From assembly GCA_965261395.1 (NCBI GenBank), contig OZ253462.1, forward strand, positions 2,368,001 through 2,432,000: a stretch of 64,000 nt of DNA, written 5' to 3'. This document shows positions 37,655 through 47,693 of this stretch, piece after piece (within the stretch, counting starts at the first letter, position 1; the number at the start of each line of letters is the position of its first letter). The notes under the pieces were generated by a model. That model ran no database searches and was not told where the DNA came from. It was given only the letters and a program-made list of their open reading frames with translations. The stretch is from Candidatus Latescibacterota bacterium (lineage in GTDB: Bacteria > Latescibacterota > UBA2968 > UBA8231). A program made the position numbers and the translations under genes.

Positions 37655-38800
37655 CTGCTTGTATAGTTGAATGGTGCGGTGGGCCGCGTCTTCCCACGTG
37701 AAGGCTGCGGCCCGGTGGCGTCCTTGATGCGATAGCCGTTGGCGGAGCACGGAATCGGTCAGTAGGCGCTGCATCCCGGCGGCGATGGACGCGATGTCGA
37801 GCGGATCAACGAGCACGGTGCTTTCCCCAGCGACTTCGGCGAGCGAGGAACAGTTCGACGTGAGCACCGGACAGCCGCTGGCCATCGCTTCGAGCACGGG
37901 CAAGCCGAATCCTTCTATCAGTGACGGAAATGCAAAGAAGAGCGCATGGGCAAAACAGGCGCGGATTTGATCGTCGCTGAGCTGGCCGACGAGGAGCACC
38001 CGGTCGCTCAGGCCAAGTTGATGTGCTAGGCGCACAAGCGCAGGATTGCCCTCGCCGCGGCCGGCGAACACGAGGGCGAGATCGGGATGGTCCGGGGCGA
38101 CTTGGGCAAAAGCGCGCACCAGCCGAGGCAGGTTTTTGTACGGCAAGCTGTTGCCCAGGCCAAAGGCAAAAGGCCGTTCTGCAAGACCGTCGAGAATATC
38201 CTGCTGCGCACGGTCTTGGTCGGTCGCGTTGCCCAAGTCAAACGGGGCCGGTTCCGCGTTGTCCGAGTGCCAGGCGGGAGCTACGCCGTGGAGGATGGCT
38301 GTTACTTTGTCGGCTGGCACGCCGTGGTCGAGCGCAGCTTGGCGCGTGGTTTGGGAGACGGCGACGATGTGGTCGGCTGTGGTAATGGCCCGGCGGATAC
38401 CCATACTCCCGAGCGACCCCTTGACCCACCGCCGCCAGCGCCGGCCATCGGCGAGGTAGGAGTGATCCACCCATATCAGGTCGTGCAAGGTGATGACGAC
38501 GCGCCGGGCGCGCACGCCGATGGGGAGAAAGTGGTACAGGGAGTGATACACGTCGGCGTCGAGGGCGTTGATGACCCGGGCACCGGCGAGGATGTTGTGT
38601 GCCGAGGAAATATCGTGCGGTGAGAAAATCTCCCTGAAGTTGGCCTGATCGGCGATGGGGCCGTGACGCGAGGGTCGGCGGACGACGATGTACTCGTTTT
38701 CGCGGTCCAGCTTGGCGATGTGGCTGACGAGGTCGGCAGCGTAGCGGCCGAGGCTGGTGGGCACGTCGCGCAGTGAGCGGGCGTCGATACAGATTCTCAT
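37649..38800 (-). CDS. Glycosyltransferase family 4 (GT-B)
   Basis: ICIDAR, GRY, VITLHDL, PYKN, FPSLIEGFGLPVLEAMASGCPV. Confidence 0.9.
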   Translation of the reverse strand: MRICIDARSLRDVPTSLGRYAADLVSHIAKLDRENEYIVVRRPSRHGPIADQANFREIFSPHDISSAHNILAGARVINALDADVYHSLYHFLPIGVRARRVVITLHDLIWVDHSYLADGRRWRRWVKGSLGSMGIRRAITTADHIVAVSQTTRQAALDHGVPADKVTAILHGVAPAWHSDNAEPAPFDLGNATDQDRAQQDILDGLAERPFAFGLGNSLPYKNLPRLVRAFAQVAPDHPDLALVFAGRGEGNPALVRLAHQLGLSDRVLLVGQLSDDQIRACFAHALFFAFPSLIEGFGLPVLEAMASGCPVLTSNCSSLAEVAGESTVLVDPLDIASIAAGMQRLLTDSVLRQRLSHQGRHRAAAFTWEDAAHRTIQLYKQL

Positions 38801-39546
38801 GGAGCGAGGCTAGCACAGTAGTTGGGGATGTGCGCCAGCGCCGCCCGCGGCCAGACCCGGAAGTCGGCGTAGGCGGCTACGGCGTGTCCCTGGGTCGAAT
38901 TGGCATCAGTGAGCAACGCTATGCCGATGGTCTTTTTAGGTAGGTTGGACGACAAAACGCGCTCGTGATCCCTTGCTAGATCGACCTGCTCTTGCAGCCA
39001 TTGCCCTAGCTTCTCCGGTCCGCTTTCGAGCACGACAAACCAGGGGCGGGCAATGCCTTTGCGGCGGGCGACGGTGCCGAGGGCCAAGGTCGTGCTCCAC
39101 ACGTATTTGATCTGTCGCGGGATGCCGAGCCAGTTGTGCGAAAAAATGACGTGTACTCCGGCGGCGCTGTCGTTGGTCTCGGTATAGCGCTCGTCGCCTC
39201 CCGGCGGCAGGGCGTCGGCGCGCCAGCACCAAGTCATAATTGGGTATTGCCGGGGATCCCAGTGGAATCTCTTCATAAGGACGACCGAGTGGCCGGTATC
39301 CTGTGCGGCTAGGTAGCGGTGGCCGTTGGCCTCGCGGACGGCGTAGAGCTTGGGTTTGTCGTCGTCTTTGCCACGCCAGCGCCAGCCACGGGGCAGGCTG
39401 TCTAGAGGCGTGGTGGCAAAGTCTTCGATGACTATGTAGGAGGGGGCTTCACGCTCACCTTCATCCGGCGGCGCGTCTTGGGCTGAGGCAGTGTTGAGAG
39501 AGAGGACGCAGCAGCCCGCTAGGCAAGCGAGTATGTGTCGACGCAT
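38797..39546 (-). CDS. DUF3047-like secreted protein
   Basis: Signal peptide; PIMTWCWR, NDSAAGVHVIF, IKYVWS, LLTDANST. Confidence 0.7.
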   Translation of the reverse strand: MRRHILACLAGCCVLSLNTASAQDAPPDEGEREAPSYIVIEDFATTPLDSLPRGWRWRGKDDDKPKLYAVREANGHRYLAAQDTGHSVVLMKRFHWDPRQYPIMTWCWRADALPPGGDERYTETNDSAAGVHVIFSHNWLGIPRQIKYVWSTTLALGTVARRKGIARPWFVVLESGPEKLGQWLQEQVDLARDHERVLSSNLPKKTIGIALLTDANSTQGHAVAAYADFRVWPRAALAHIPNYCASLAP

Positions 39547-39570
39547 TGCTCCATCTCTTGTGGGTCCGGG

Positions 39571-40602
39571 TCAGCGCGGGTTTTCTTGTTCCTGGAGCAT
39601 GGTTAAGGCCGTCGAGGGGCGGCGCTGGAGCGCGGTGCGACTCATGTAGCTGAGAAAGATCCAGCCGATGAAAATCCAGAATACGCGGCGCATGCGGCGC
39701 GTAAGACCCAAGGACAGGCCGAGAGACGGGTCCAACCCCAAGCTGGAGAACAGGAATACGAGGCTGCCTTCCATGACCCCAATATTGGAGGGCATGAAAA
39801 AGAACAGGCCGTTGATGACCGCGCCCAAGGCGTTGAGCAGAAAACAAAACCAAAAACCAATGCCCGCGTCCAGTGCCCAGAGGATGGCGTAGGTCTCACA
39901 GGTGCCCATAAACCAGCCGATGCTCTGAAAGAACAAGGCGCGGAGGAAGCGGGTGCGGTGGGTGCGGTAAAAGGTGCCGATATTGGTGTCGATGCGCGCT
40001 GCGCGCCCCATATTGCGCTCGATCATGTCGGTGCGTAGGCCGGCCGAGCGAAGCAGTTTGAGCAGGGACGTGAACATGCGATCTTGACGCTTGTAGAAGA
40101 CCCAGAAGGCCGCCAAGCTGACAATGAGCAGACCGGCGAAAAAGACCCGGTACTCCAAGGGAATAAGCTCGGACACGTCGTGGTAGTAGAACAACAACCC
40201 TAGGCCGAGGACGGTGAAGGACAGGCCAACTGCAATTTGCGCGGTTTTGTCAACGACCACCGAGGCCATGCCGCGCGGGCCGGGCGTCCGGTGGGAGAGC
40301 AAATAGGCCTTGACCGGCTCGCCGCCGAGATTGGCCAGCGGCGTGAGTTGATTGACCGCCTCGCCGGCCAGCTTGGCTGCAAAAAGGGTGGGCAGCCGTG
40401 GTTTGAAGGCGTCGGGCGGGAAGGCGAAGTTCCAAGCGATCGTGTTGGAGAGGTGCCAAGCGCACGAGGGCAGCAACAGCAAGGGGAACGCCCACTTGAT
40501 CGCATCTAAGTGGTGGAGGACCTCCTCGACCCCGAGCTGGCCGACGAGATAGCCCAGCAGCAGGAAGCCCAAGGCAACCATGGAAATTTGCAGGGCTTTC
40601 AC
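39571..40602 (-). CDS. Lysylphosphatidylglycerol synthase TM-domain (flippase-like) membrane protein
   Basis: GEAVNQLTPLANLGGEPVK, PSNIGVME, RRMRR; multiple TMs. Confidence 0.8.
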   Translation of the reverse strand: MKALQISMVALGFLLLGYLVGQLGVEEVLHHLDAIKWAFPLLLLPSCAWHLSNTIAWNFAFPPDAFKPRLPTLFAAKLAGEAVNQLTPLANLGGEPVKAYLLSHRTPGPRGMASVVVDKTAQIAVGLSFTVLGLGLLFYYHDVSELIPLEYRVFFAGLLIVSLAAFWVFYKRQDRMFTSLLKLLRSAGLRTDMIERNMGRAARIDTNIGTFYRTHRTRFLRALFFQSIGWFMGTCETYAILWALDAGIGFWFCFLLNALGAVINGLFFFMPSNIGVMEGSLVFLFSSLGLDPSLGLSLGLTRRMRRVFWIFIGWIFLSYMSRTALQRRPSTALTMLQEQENPR

Positions 40603-41891
40603 GCGGTCTCCTCCCGGTTGACGGCCGGTGCCGGAAGCGAGGCGATCTGCGGCTCAGCAGCGCGTTGATTGCCCATTAGTCGATAGTGGGTCGTCAAAAC
40701 GCCCAGCGCTGCCACGTGCAGCAGGACGACCAAGAGCCAATAAACAACCGCCAACAGATTGGCCACCAAGCCGACGGCGATGAACAACGAAAGGAAGTCC
40801 CGCTTGGTAATAAAGCCGGCGCGCTCTAGGAACCGATAGCTCCAGTCCTTTTCGCCATCGGGAACCTTGTTGCCCAAGTCGCCTAGGTAGTATTGTAAGC
40901 TGCCAGTGCCGGTTTTTAGGGCATAGCTGTAGAGCAGGACTAGGGTCAGGACCATCGAGGCGATGGCGGAGATGCCGGCGTAGATGGGCAGGTAATTGTC
41001 GGGATAAAGATGCCACATACCGGCCATCAGCGCGGCGTAGCCGAAGAGATAGGCGAGGTTGTCGGTGACCGTATCGAACCAAGCGCCGAATTTGGTCTCG
41101 GCTAGCTTGACCCGAGCGATCTCGCCGTCGCAGCCGTCGAGGATGGAGGCGAGCTGCCAAAGGATGCCGGCGACGGCGAGCCGCAGGTAGTCGTCGGGCT
41201 GCGTCGCCAGATAGGCGGCGAACAGGCCCGGGCACAGGACCATAAAAAAGGTCACCATGTTGGGCGAGACGCCGGTATCGACGATGAGTTTGCTGATGGG
41301 CACGGAGATGCGCACATTGAGCAGGCGTGCCACCGTGCCGCTGGTGGTCTTGCTCACTTGCTCGAAGAGCATGTTCTTAGCGGCGCGCGCGCTGCGCTTG
41401 TCGGTTACGTGTTGCCACAGGTTCGGCGCGATGTCTTCGCGGCGGTGCGGACGCTCTTCGAATGCGCTCCAGAGGTCGCCGGTTAGCGCATCCGGGGGCA
41501 ACGCGCCTGGGGCGCAGAGAAACGCTCCGCTGCTGACGCGGCCGTCGCCGCTGGTCTGCGCGACGAGGTCATCTCGTTGCAGGCCCGCGGCGATGAGGGC
41601 TTGCAGTGAAGAGGGGTGGTGGACGCAATCGCCCCTGAGCAGCAGCAAGGGCACTTCGGGTAGGCAAGCGGCCTCCGGGGTGGTTTGCTCTACTTGAATG
41701 TCGAGGTCGGGGACTGGGGATTTGCCGCTGGGGGCGTGGCCGGGGGGAAGCACGAGCAAGAGGCGCTTGATGCCCGCGCTGGCCACGGTGCGGATCCCGC
41801 GCTGGAGGAGGGTGCGGCCAGCGACCTGCACATCGGTTGCAGCGCCAGCGGGGAAAATCAAAATGCCTTGCTCAATTGCGCGCTTTCGCAT
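40599..41891 (-). CDS. CDP-alcohol phosphatidyltransferase with degenerate N-terminal nucleotidyltransferase-like domain
   Basis: SPNMVT, DGCDGEIAR...FGAWFDTVTD signature; N-terminal VAGRTLLQR; start ATG 41891. Confidence 0.85.
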   Translation of the reverse strand: MRKRAIEQGILIFPAGAATDVQVAGRTLLQRGIRTVASAGIKRLLLVLPPGHAPSGKSPVPDLDIQVEQTTPEAACLPEVPLLLLRGDCVHHPSSLQALIAAGLQRDDLVAQTSGDGRVSSGAFLCAPGALPPDALTGDLWSAFEERPHRREDIAPNLWQHVTDKRSARAAKNMLFEQVSKTTSGTVARLLNVRISVPISKLIVDTGVSPNMVTFFMVLCPGLFAAYLATQPDDYLRLAVAGILWQLASILDGCDGEIARVKLAETKFGAWFDTVTDNLAYLFGYAALMAGMWHLYPDNYLPIYAGISAIASMVLTLVLLYSYALKTGTGSLQYYLGDLGNKVPDGEKDWSYRFLERAGFITKRDFLSLFIAVGLVANLLAVVYWLLVVLLHVAALGVLTTHYRLMGNQRAAEPQIASLPAPAVNREETA

Positions 41892-41994
41892 GCGTTTGCC
41901 GTTCAATTTGGGGAGTGAATAGAAGAAGTGCTTATTAAAGAAACACTTAGTATAAAGAATTTTGCATTGTTTGTCGGACCTTAATTTCATGTGG

Positions 41995-42011
41995 CCATTG
42001 TGTTACAATGG
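41995..42011 (+). promoter_or_regulatory. Extended -10 promoter overlapped by a palindromic candidate operator
   Basis: CCATTGT-GTT-ACAATGG inverted repeat containing TG-T-TACAAT, 16 nt upstream of ATG 42028. Confidence 0.55.
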
Positions 42012-42027
42012 ACAGAAAGGGCGCGTC

Positions 42028-44046
42028 ATGGTGGTTAAGATCCTCACATGGCTGCTGCTGGTATGCTGGGCCACGGCTAGCAGTGCCCAGCGGCAAAATT
42101 GGCAAATCGGCGGCGCGGGCTTGGCTTGGAGCGAGGGCGATTCTTCCACGGTGCTCGTCGATTTCGACTCAGTGCCCGGCGCTATTCAGCCCGTCTATAT
42201 CGACCCCGACCAAAGTCTGTTTTCGCTCTTTACCGACTGGGAGCCGCTCAAAGAGCCGCGCGAGTTGACCTATGTCGAAGGCGAGACGCCACGGGCTTGG
42301 AAGGGTGCGCAGGGCAACGAGACGACGGCCCACAATGGCACCTATATGGTCGATGGCGACAGTATGTCTTTCAATCCGCCGGTCTCTTCCAATCCCGAAT
42401 CGGTCTGGTACACCATTGATCTAGCCGTACCGGTGCCTGCGCACCGCTTTGGTTTTTTCACTCCGCCTCGGGGCTTTCGCGCCGACGGCATCCCCTTTGC
42501 CCAAGATGCCGTGCCGGCCTACGAGGTGTCTATCGCGGCGGAAGGCGATCCGAGTTGGCTCGAAGGGAGCCAACCCTACAAGCGCATTGGTCCATTGATT
42601 GCCGACGTGGCCGAAAATTTTATCGCCCGGGTGCAGATCGAATTTCCCAGACAATACGTGCGCTTCGTGCGCTACAAGCGGAAGACCTCGCTGTTGGATT
42701 CGGGGAGGGGAGGCAACACTAGCGTGAGTTCGGGGACCGCTTTCAAGGGGTCCATCGGCGACTTTGAACTCTTTGGCGAGGGGGTGCCGCGCAAGGCGGT
42801 TTACCGCTCGCGGATTTTCGCCTTGGAAAAGCCCGTCAACTTCGGTCGCCTGTCCTGGGCGGCAACGGCGCTGCGCCTAGTCGATGGAGAACGGGTGGAG
42901 GCACCCGATGCCGAGGTGGGGGTGGAGATTGAGGTGCGTACGGGGCGCGACGGGGATCCAAATATCTACCACGAATACACCGACCGCGGGGGTGAGGAAG
43001 TGGTGACGCGCGAGCGCTACGATTTGGTTTTGCAGCCGCGCTGGCGCGCGGGTCTCCTGCGCGACCCCCGGCCGGGAATGCGGGCCCCGATTACCTACGA
43101 TAGCGACAACTGGTCTTTCTGGTCGTTGCCCTTTTTTGAGTCGGGGCTGGTGCTTGACCTCAAGGGGGGGACCCATTTCCAGTTGCGGATTACACTCAAA
43201 AGCGAGGACTCCGCCGCATTCGTGCGGCTCGACTCGTTGTGGGTTGAGACCGCGCCGCTACTGGCTAGCCGGGTCGTGGGCGAGGTCGCGCTAGCCGGCG
43301 ACGTGCAGCCGGCCGGGGGCTTGACCCAAGTGCCGTTGGGGGAAGCGGCGGAACTGATCTACGACATCCGCGGCGAATTTGCCGGTGAGGGAGCAGGCTT
43401 TGACGCGCTGAGGATTCGCACTGGGACGCGGGCTGTGTTTACCCGGCTAGAGATGGGGAACCCTCCAAGGGCGATCGAGCCGGTTGAAGTCGTCGAGGGC
43501 GACGGGGAACTAGCGGTGGTGTTGCCGGAGCGGATCGGACCGGGAGACGCGGAGGGGGCACGGGTCGTCTTTGTCGCCGATGTGTTCTCGCTGGCCTGGA
43601 CGTTTGCGGGCGAGGTCTATAATGCAGGCGTCGATGCGCTACCCCAGCCCGTCGAACCGGGCGATGCCAGCGCCGAACTGGGGACCAATAGTCTGCGGGT
43701 TTTAGGGATGGCTGGGCAAAGCGATGGGCCGGTGGTAGGATTGGATCTTTCCACTAGGGTGCTGACGCCCAATGGCGACGGAGTCCACGACGAGGTCGAG
43801 ATCAGCTATGCGCTGGTGGGGTTGCCCGAGGATGTCCCCGTGGTGTTTAAGGTGTATTCGCTCGACGGGAGGCGGGTAGCCCAGCGGTCGTTGGGTGCGC
43901 AGCGCTTCGGTGCGCAGCGGGTGCGCTGGGATGGGCGCAATGGGGACGGGGTTTTATTGTCGCCCGGTCTCTATCTAGTTGAAGTAGCGCCTGAAGCCGA
44001 GCGGCAGGGGGTGCGTCGGTTGCGCCCATTAACACTAATCTACTGA
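42028..44046 (+). CDS. Large secreted protein with C-terminal FlgD/CHU_C-like domain (type A of pair 2)
   Basis: Signal peptide; WQIGG; VRTGRDGDP; WSFWS; LTPNGDGVHD...WDGRN...PGLY; ends LIY. Confidence 0.8.
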   Translation: MVVKILTWLLLVCWATASSAQRQNWQIGGAGLAWSEGDSSTVLVDFDSVPGAIQPVYIDPDQSLFSLFTDWEPLKEPRELTYVEGETPRAWKGAQGNETTAHNGTYMVDGDSMSFNPPVSSNPESVWYTIDLAVPVPAHRFGFFTPPRGFRADGIPFAQDAVPAYEVSIAAEGDPSWLEGSQPYKRIGPLIADVAENFIARVQIEFPRQYVRFVRYKRKTSLLDSGRGGNTSVSSGTAFKGSIGDFELFGEGVPRKAVYRSRIFALEKPVNFGRLSWAATALRLVDGERVEAPDAEVGVEIEVRTGRDGDPNIYHEYTDRGGEEVVTRERYDLVLQPRWRAGLLRDPRPGMRAPITYDSDNWSFWSLPFFESGLVLDLKGGTHFQLRITLKSEDSAAFVRLDSLWVETAPLLASRVVGEVALAGDVQPAGGLTQVPLGEAAELIYDIRGEFAGEGAGFDALRIRTGTRAVFTRLEMGNPPRAIEPVEVVEGDGELAVVLPERIGPGDAEGARVVFVADVFSLAWTFAGEVYNAGVDALPQPVEPGDASAELGTNSLRVLGMAGQSDGPVVGLDLSTRVLTPNGDGVHDEVEISYALVGLPEDVPVVFKVYSLDGRRVAQRSLGAQRFGAQRVRWDGRNGDGVLLSPGLYLVEVAPEAERQGVRRLRPLTLIY

Positions 44047-44050
44047 GAGC

Positions 44051-46414
44051 ATGGCGATGCGCTCGTTTTATGCGCTATGGGTGATGCTGCTATTGGGAAT
44101 AAGCGGCGCGGTATGGGCCGATGAGCTGCGCTTCGACCGTGCGGCAGCGTGGCGGACTTGGCAGATGCCCAACGACTTGATACAGATCGATGCCGACGGT
44201 AGGCTGCGGCTGACGAAGTTCCGCAAGGAAATCAACGCCGTGGCCAACGCCGGAGATTTTCGCCACGAGACGAAGGAGCGGGGCGAGGTGGTCGGCGGGA
44301 TCTGGGAGGCCAAGAGCAACCCGCAGACGGCAAATTTGATTGTCGATGGCGATCTGGAAACCTTCTGGCAACCCAACCCCGACGATGCGCTTGATCAGTG
44401 GTCGGTGCAGATCGATTTGGGCCGTCCGGTACTGGCGCGTCAGATTCGCTTGGTCTTTCCCGACCGCGAGGGGGCGCGGCCCTTGCGGCAATTCAGCGTC
44501 TTTCTCGCCTCGGGTGCCCGAATCCAGGCGCTCAACGATGTCTTCAAGTTTGAAGCGATCTATCGCACATCCAGACCCCATACCGCTACCGAACTGGTGA
44601 TTCCCTTGGAGTATCTAGGAACCGACAGCACCTATGTACTCGACGAGGGGCTGGCGCTCGATTTTGAGCGCGAGAAGCGCTTTCAAGTGATCCAGTATAT
44701 CATTATCGAAATCGACGAGCACAGCCCGGGCGTGGCGCTGGCGGAGGTCGAGGTTTTGGCGGTGGGGGACAATGTGAGCTTGGGCACGGCGGGTCGCGGT
44801 GGCAGTTTTCTCGAAGGCGGACGGACTACGGGCGCGGCCCTGATGTTCGACGGCGATATGGACAGCTTCGCGCTGTTGACCAGTGCCGAAGGCGGCTGGC
44901 ACGACGCGGGTGTGTGGTGGCGGGTAGATTTAGGGGCGGTGTTTTTTCTCGACGAGCTTTTCATTTACTTCAGCCAGCTAGGCGAAGGGCTACGCAGTCA
45001 GGTCCAAGGCGGCAACCCTTCGGCAGCGGGCGGGCTTTTCTTGGTCTCCGATGGCCGCCCGGCCGCGGGATCGGGATTGCCGGTACCCGAGCAGGTTGAC
45101 TACGAGGTACTGGTCGAAGATCGCTGTCGGCCCCAGTGTTTGGGGCGACTTTTTCACCAGCGCTACCTATTCGCCCCGCGCAAGATCCGCTACCTGCTCT
45201 GGCACGAGATAGACGGGGCGGCAACAGGCTTTGGTTGGGGCCTAGAGACCATGCTTTTTTCTCCAGGGTACCCGGCGCGCGTGGAGATGCGCTCGGGCTT
45301 TGTCGATTTAGCGACAGAAGCTGGCGACGGGCGGCCCCAGGTGATTGAGCGGCTGACGTGGGAAGCCCACCTGCCGCCGCAGACTAGAATCCAACTGCGC
45401 TCGCGGGCGGGCAACGCACTGCAGGAGGTGTACACTTTCTCCGACCGCAAAGGCGATATCGTCACCGAGGAGAAGTGGAACAGCTTGCCCAAGGTGTTAA
45501 AAGGCCCGATTGATACGACCTTGGTCGGCGGTGAAGATTGGGACGCTTGGAGCAATGTTTACCAGGCTTCGGGCGAGGCCTTCCAATCGGCGAGCCCGCG
45601 TCGCTTCGTGCAATTGGAGATGATTCTTGCAAGCGACGACCCGCACGTGGCTCCGGCAGTGGATGCGCTGACGATAGAGTTTACCGACGCGCTAGTGCAG
45701 TCGGCGCGGGGGCAAATCTGGCCACGGGAAGCTCGGCTCAACGAGGATACGCGCTTTACCTATACGCTGTGGCCGAGCACCGACGGGCAGGATAGCGGCT
45801 TTGATCGCTTGCGCTTTCGCATTCCCGGCGCGACCACGGGCAACGTGGCCCTGCGGATCGCCGGTGAGGACGTAGCGCCTCAGCAGGTGGCGCTGAGCGG
45901 CGATTCACTGTTGGTCTTGTTGCCGCACGTGGTGGTCGCCGATTCGGTGGAAGTGGATTTTACGGTGCGTCTTTGGGACAATGCAGCGCTGTTCGCACTC
46001 GACCTAGGCGCGAGTGAGCGCCCCGGGATCTGGCAGTCGGTAGTGCCGAGCGAACGACGGGCCAATATCGTGTTGTTACCCGGCCTGCCCGTCCAGGCTG
46101 CGCTCGTCGGCGACGTGAAGATCGCGCCCGCGGCGTTTACGCCCAACGGTGATGGGGTCAATGACTCGGTGGAGATCGACTTTATAGTTTTCAAGGCGCA
46201 GGGCATCCAGCCACAGGTACGGATTTTTGATGTTGCCGGTCGGTTGGTCGCCCAGCCGGGTGGCACCAAGGTTGCCGGACGCTGGCACTTTCGCTGGTCG
46301 GGGCACGCTGCGGACGGCGCGTTGGCGTTGCCGGGGATGTACCTCTGCCGGATTGATCTAGGGACGGCGAGCGGTAGCGCAGCGGTCTTGCGGCCGCTCG
46401 CCTTGGCCTATTAG
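44051..46414 (+). CDS. Large secreted protein with discoidin-like modules and C-terminal FlgD/CHU_C-like domain (type B of pair 2)
   Basis: Signal peptide; WRTWQMP; DGDLETFWQP; IDLGR; FTPNGDGVND...PGMY; ends LAY. Confidence 0.8.
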   Translation: MAMRSFYALWVMLLLGISGAVWADELRFDRAAAWRTWQMPNDLIQIDADGRLRLTKFRKEINAVANAGDFRHETKERGEVVGGIWEAKSNPQTANLIVDGDLETFWQPNPDDALDQWSVQIDLGRPVLARQIRLVFPDREGARPLRQFSVFLASGARIQALNDVFKFEAIYRTSRPHTATELVIPLEYLGTDSTYVLDEGLALDFEREKRFQVIQYIIIEIDEHSPGVALAEVEVLAVGDNVSLGTAGRGGSFLEGGRTTGAALMFDGDMDSFALLTSAEGGWHDAGVWWRVDLGAVFFLDELFIYFSQLGEGLRSQVQGGNPSAAGGLFLVSDGRPAAGSGLPVPEQVDYEVLVEDRCRPQCLGRLFHQRYLFAPRKIRYLLWHEIDGAATGFGWGLETMLFSPGYPARVEMRSGFVDLATEAGDGRPQVIERLTWEAHLPPQTRIQLRSRAGNALQEVYTFSDRKGDIVTEEKWNSLPKVLKGPIDTTLVGGEDWDAWSNVYQASGEAFQSASPRRFVQLEMILASDDPHVAPAVDALTIEFTDALVQSARGQIWPREARLNEDTRFTYTLWPSTDGQDSGFDRLRFRIPGATTGNVALRIAGEDVAPQQVALSGDSLLVLLPHVVVADSVEVDFTVRLWDNAALFALDLGASERPGIWQSVVPSERRANIVLLPGLPVQAALVGDVKIAPAAFTPNGDGVNDSVEIDFIVFKAQGIQPQVRIFDVAGRLVAQPGGTKVAGRWHFRWSGHAADGALALPGMYLCRIDLGTASGSAAVLRPLALAY

Positions 46415-46446
46415 TTCCCAAACTCCAACGAGTAAAGGTAGGTATC

Positions 46447-47472
46447 ATGGCAGTTAAGACGTGTTTGATGATCGGTGCCAGCGGCATGGCTGGCGGTTGG
46501 ATCGAGCGGCTGACTCAGCGCCTCGGCGACAGAGTCCAGATCGTCGGGTTGGTGGATGTCAACGAGGAAGTGCTCGCCGCCCAAGGAGCCAAGCTCGGCT
46601 TGGGGGCCGAGCAGCTTTTTACCGATTACGAAGAGGCTTGCGCCAAGGTGCAGGCTGATTTCTGCGGCATTGCCACCCCGCCGCAGTTCCACAGCCCGCA
46701 GGCCATCGCCGCGCTGGAAGCGGGGATGCCGGTTATCTGCGAGAAGCCGATTGCCGATACCTTAGCAGCGGCCAAGGCCATGGCCGCCAAGGCCGAGGAG
46801 ACGGGGTTGCCCTGCGCGATTATCCAGAATTACCGCTACGCGCCCAACAAGCAGGAGGTGGTGCGGATTCGCGACGAAGGGAGACTGGGGCGGCTGCAGC
46901 ACATCTTTGGCCGCTACGCCTGCGACTATCGCGAATACATGTCGTGGGGCAAGGCGTGGCGACACGACATGGATTTCAGCTTGCTCTTTGAAGGCTCGGT
47001 GCATCACTTCGATATGATGCTCTTCTTGTCGGGGGGGAATTGCGAGGTGTTTCAAGGATTTGGGTGGAACCCGGCGTGGTCGAGCTTTAAACACTATTCG
47101 AGCGGATTTTATCTGATGAGGATGGACAATGGAGTGCACACAGCGTACGAGGGGAACAGTTCGGCGGCGGGGATTAAGAGTTGTTGGCACAGCGAGTACT
47201 ATCGCTTGGAGTTCGAGGAAGGGACGGTGGAGATAGGCGCGGGAGACGAGGTGCGAATTTATCGGGTGGGGCAGGAGGTGGAGGTGTATCCGGCGCCAGC
47301 CATGGAGTGGGCCGGGCACGAGTATTTGCTCAAGGAGTTTGTGGATTGGCTGGAGGGGGGCAAGGCGTCGGCGACGAGGATTGAAGATAATTTGCAGAGT
47401 TTCGCGCTAGTGATTGCGGCGATGGAGACGACAGAGGATGGGGAGCCCAAGCGAATTGCGGATTATTTGTAA
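46447..47472 (+). CDS. Gfo/Idh/MocA family oxidoreductase
   Basis: IGASGMA, ATPPQFH, ICEKPIA, NYRY, SVHHFD. Confidence 0.9.
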   Translation: MAVKTCLMIGASGMAGGWIERLTQRLGDRVQIVGLVDVNEEVLAAQGAKLGLGAEQLFTDYEEACAKVQADFCGIATPPQFHSPQAIAALEAGMPVICEKPIADTLAAAKAMAAKAEETGLPCAIIQNYRYAPNKQEVVRIRDEGRLGRLQHIFGRYACDYREYMSWGKAWRHDMDFSLLFEGSVHHFDMMLFLSGGNCEVFQGFGWNPAWSSFKHYSSGFYLMRMDNGVHTAYEGNSSAAGIKSCWHSEYYRLEFEEGTVEIGAGDEVRIYRVGQEVEVYPAPAMEWAGHEYLLKEFVDWLEGGKASATRIEDNLQSFALVIAAMETTEDGEPKRIADYL

Positions 47473-47587
47473 AGTCTCGGCTTTAGAAACTAAGACGCAG
47501 ACGCACGGCTCTGGTCGTGCCATTGAAACTGAACAGGAATCGCGGAATCGCCTGTCCTAGCCGTCGTTGTTGCCGCGCAGCAGGAAC
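47350..47587. repeat. Direct repeat copy C1 (Gfo 3' end + spacer + orphan tail of the membrane gene)
   Basis: Aligns with 49423-49688; the minus strand encodes orphan FLLRGNNDG*. Confidence 0.9.
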
Positions 47588-47693
47588 TTGCCGGGGTATG
47601 GAAAAAAGTACATCATATTCTGTTGAATCATCTCTATGTCGCTTTTGCGAGACGATCTGCACACGATTGTCTTGACAACCAAGGAGAGTCGCC

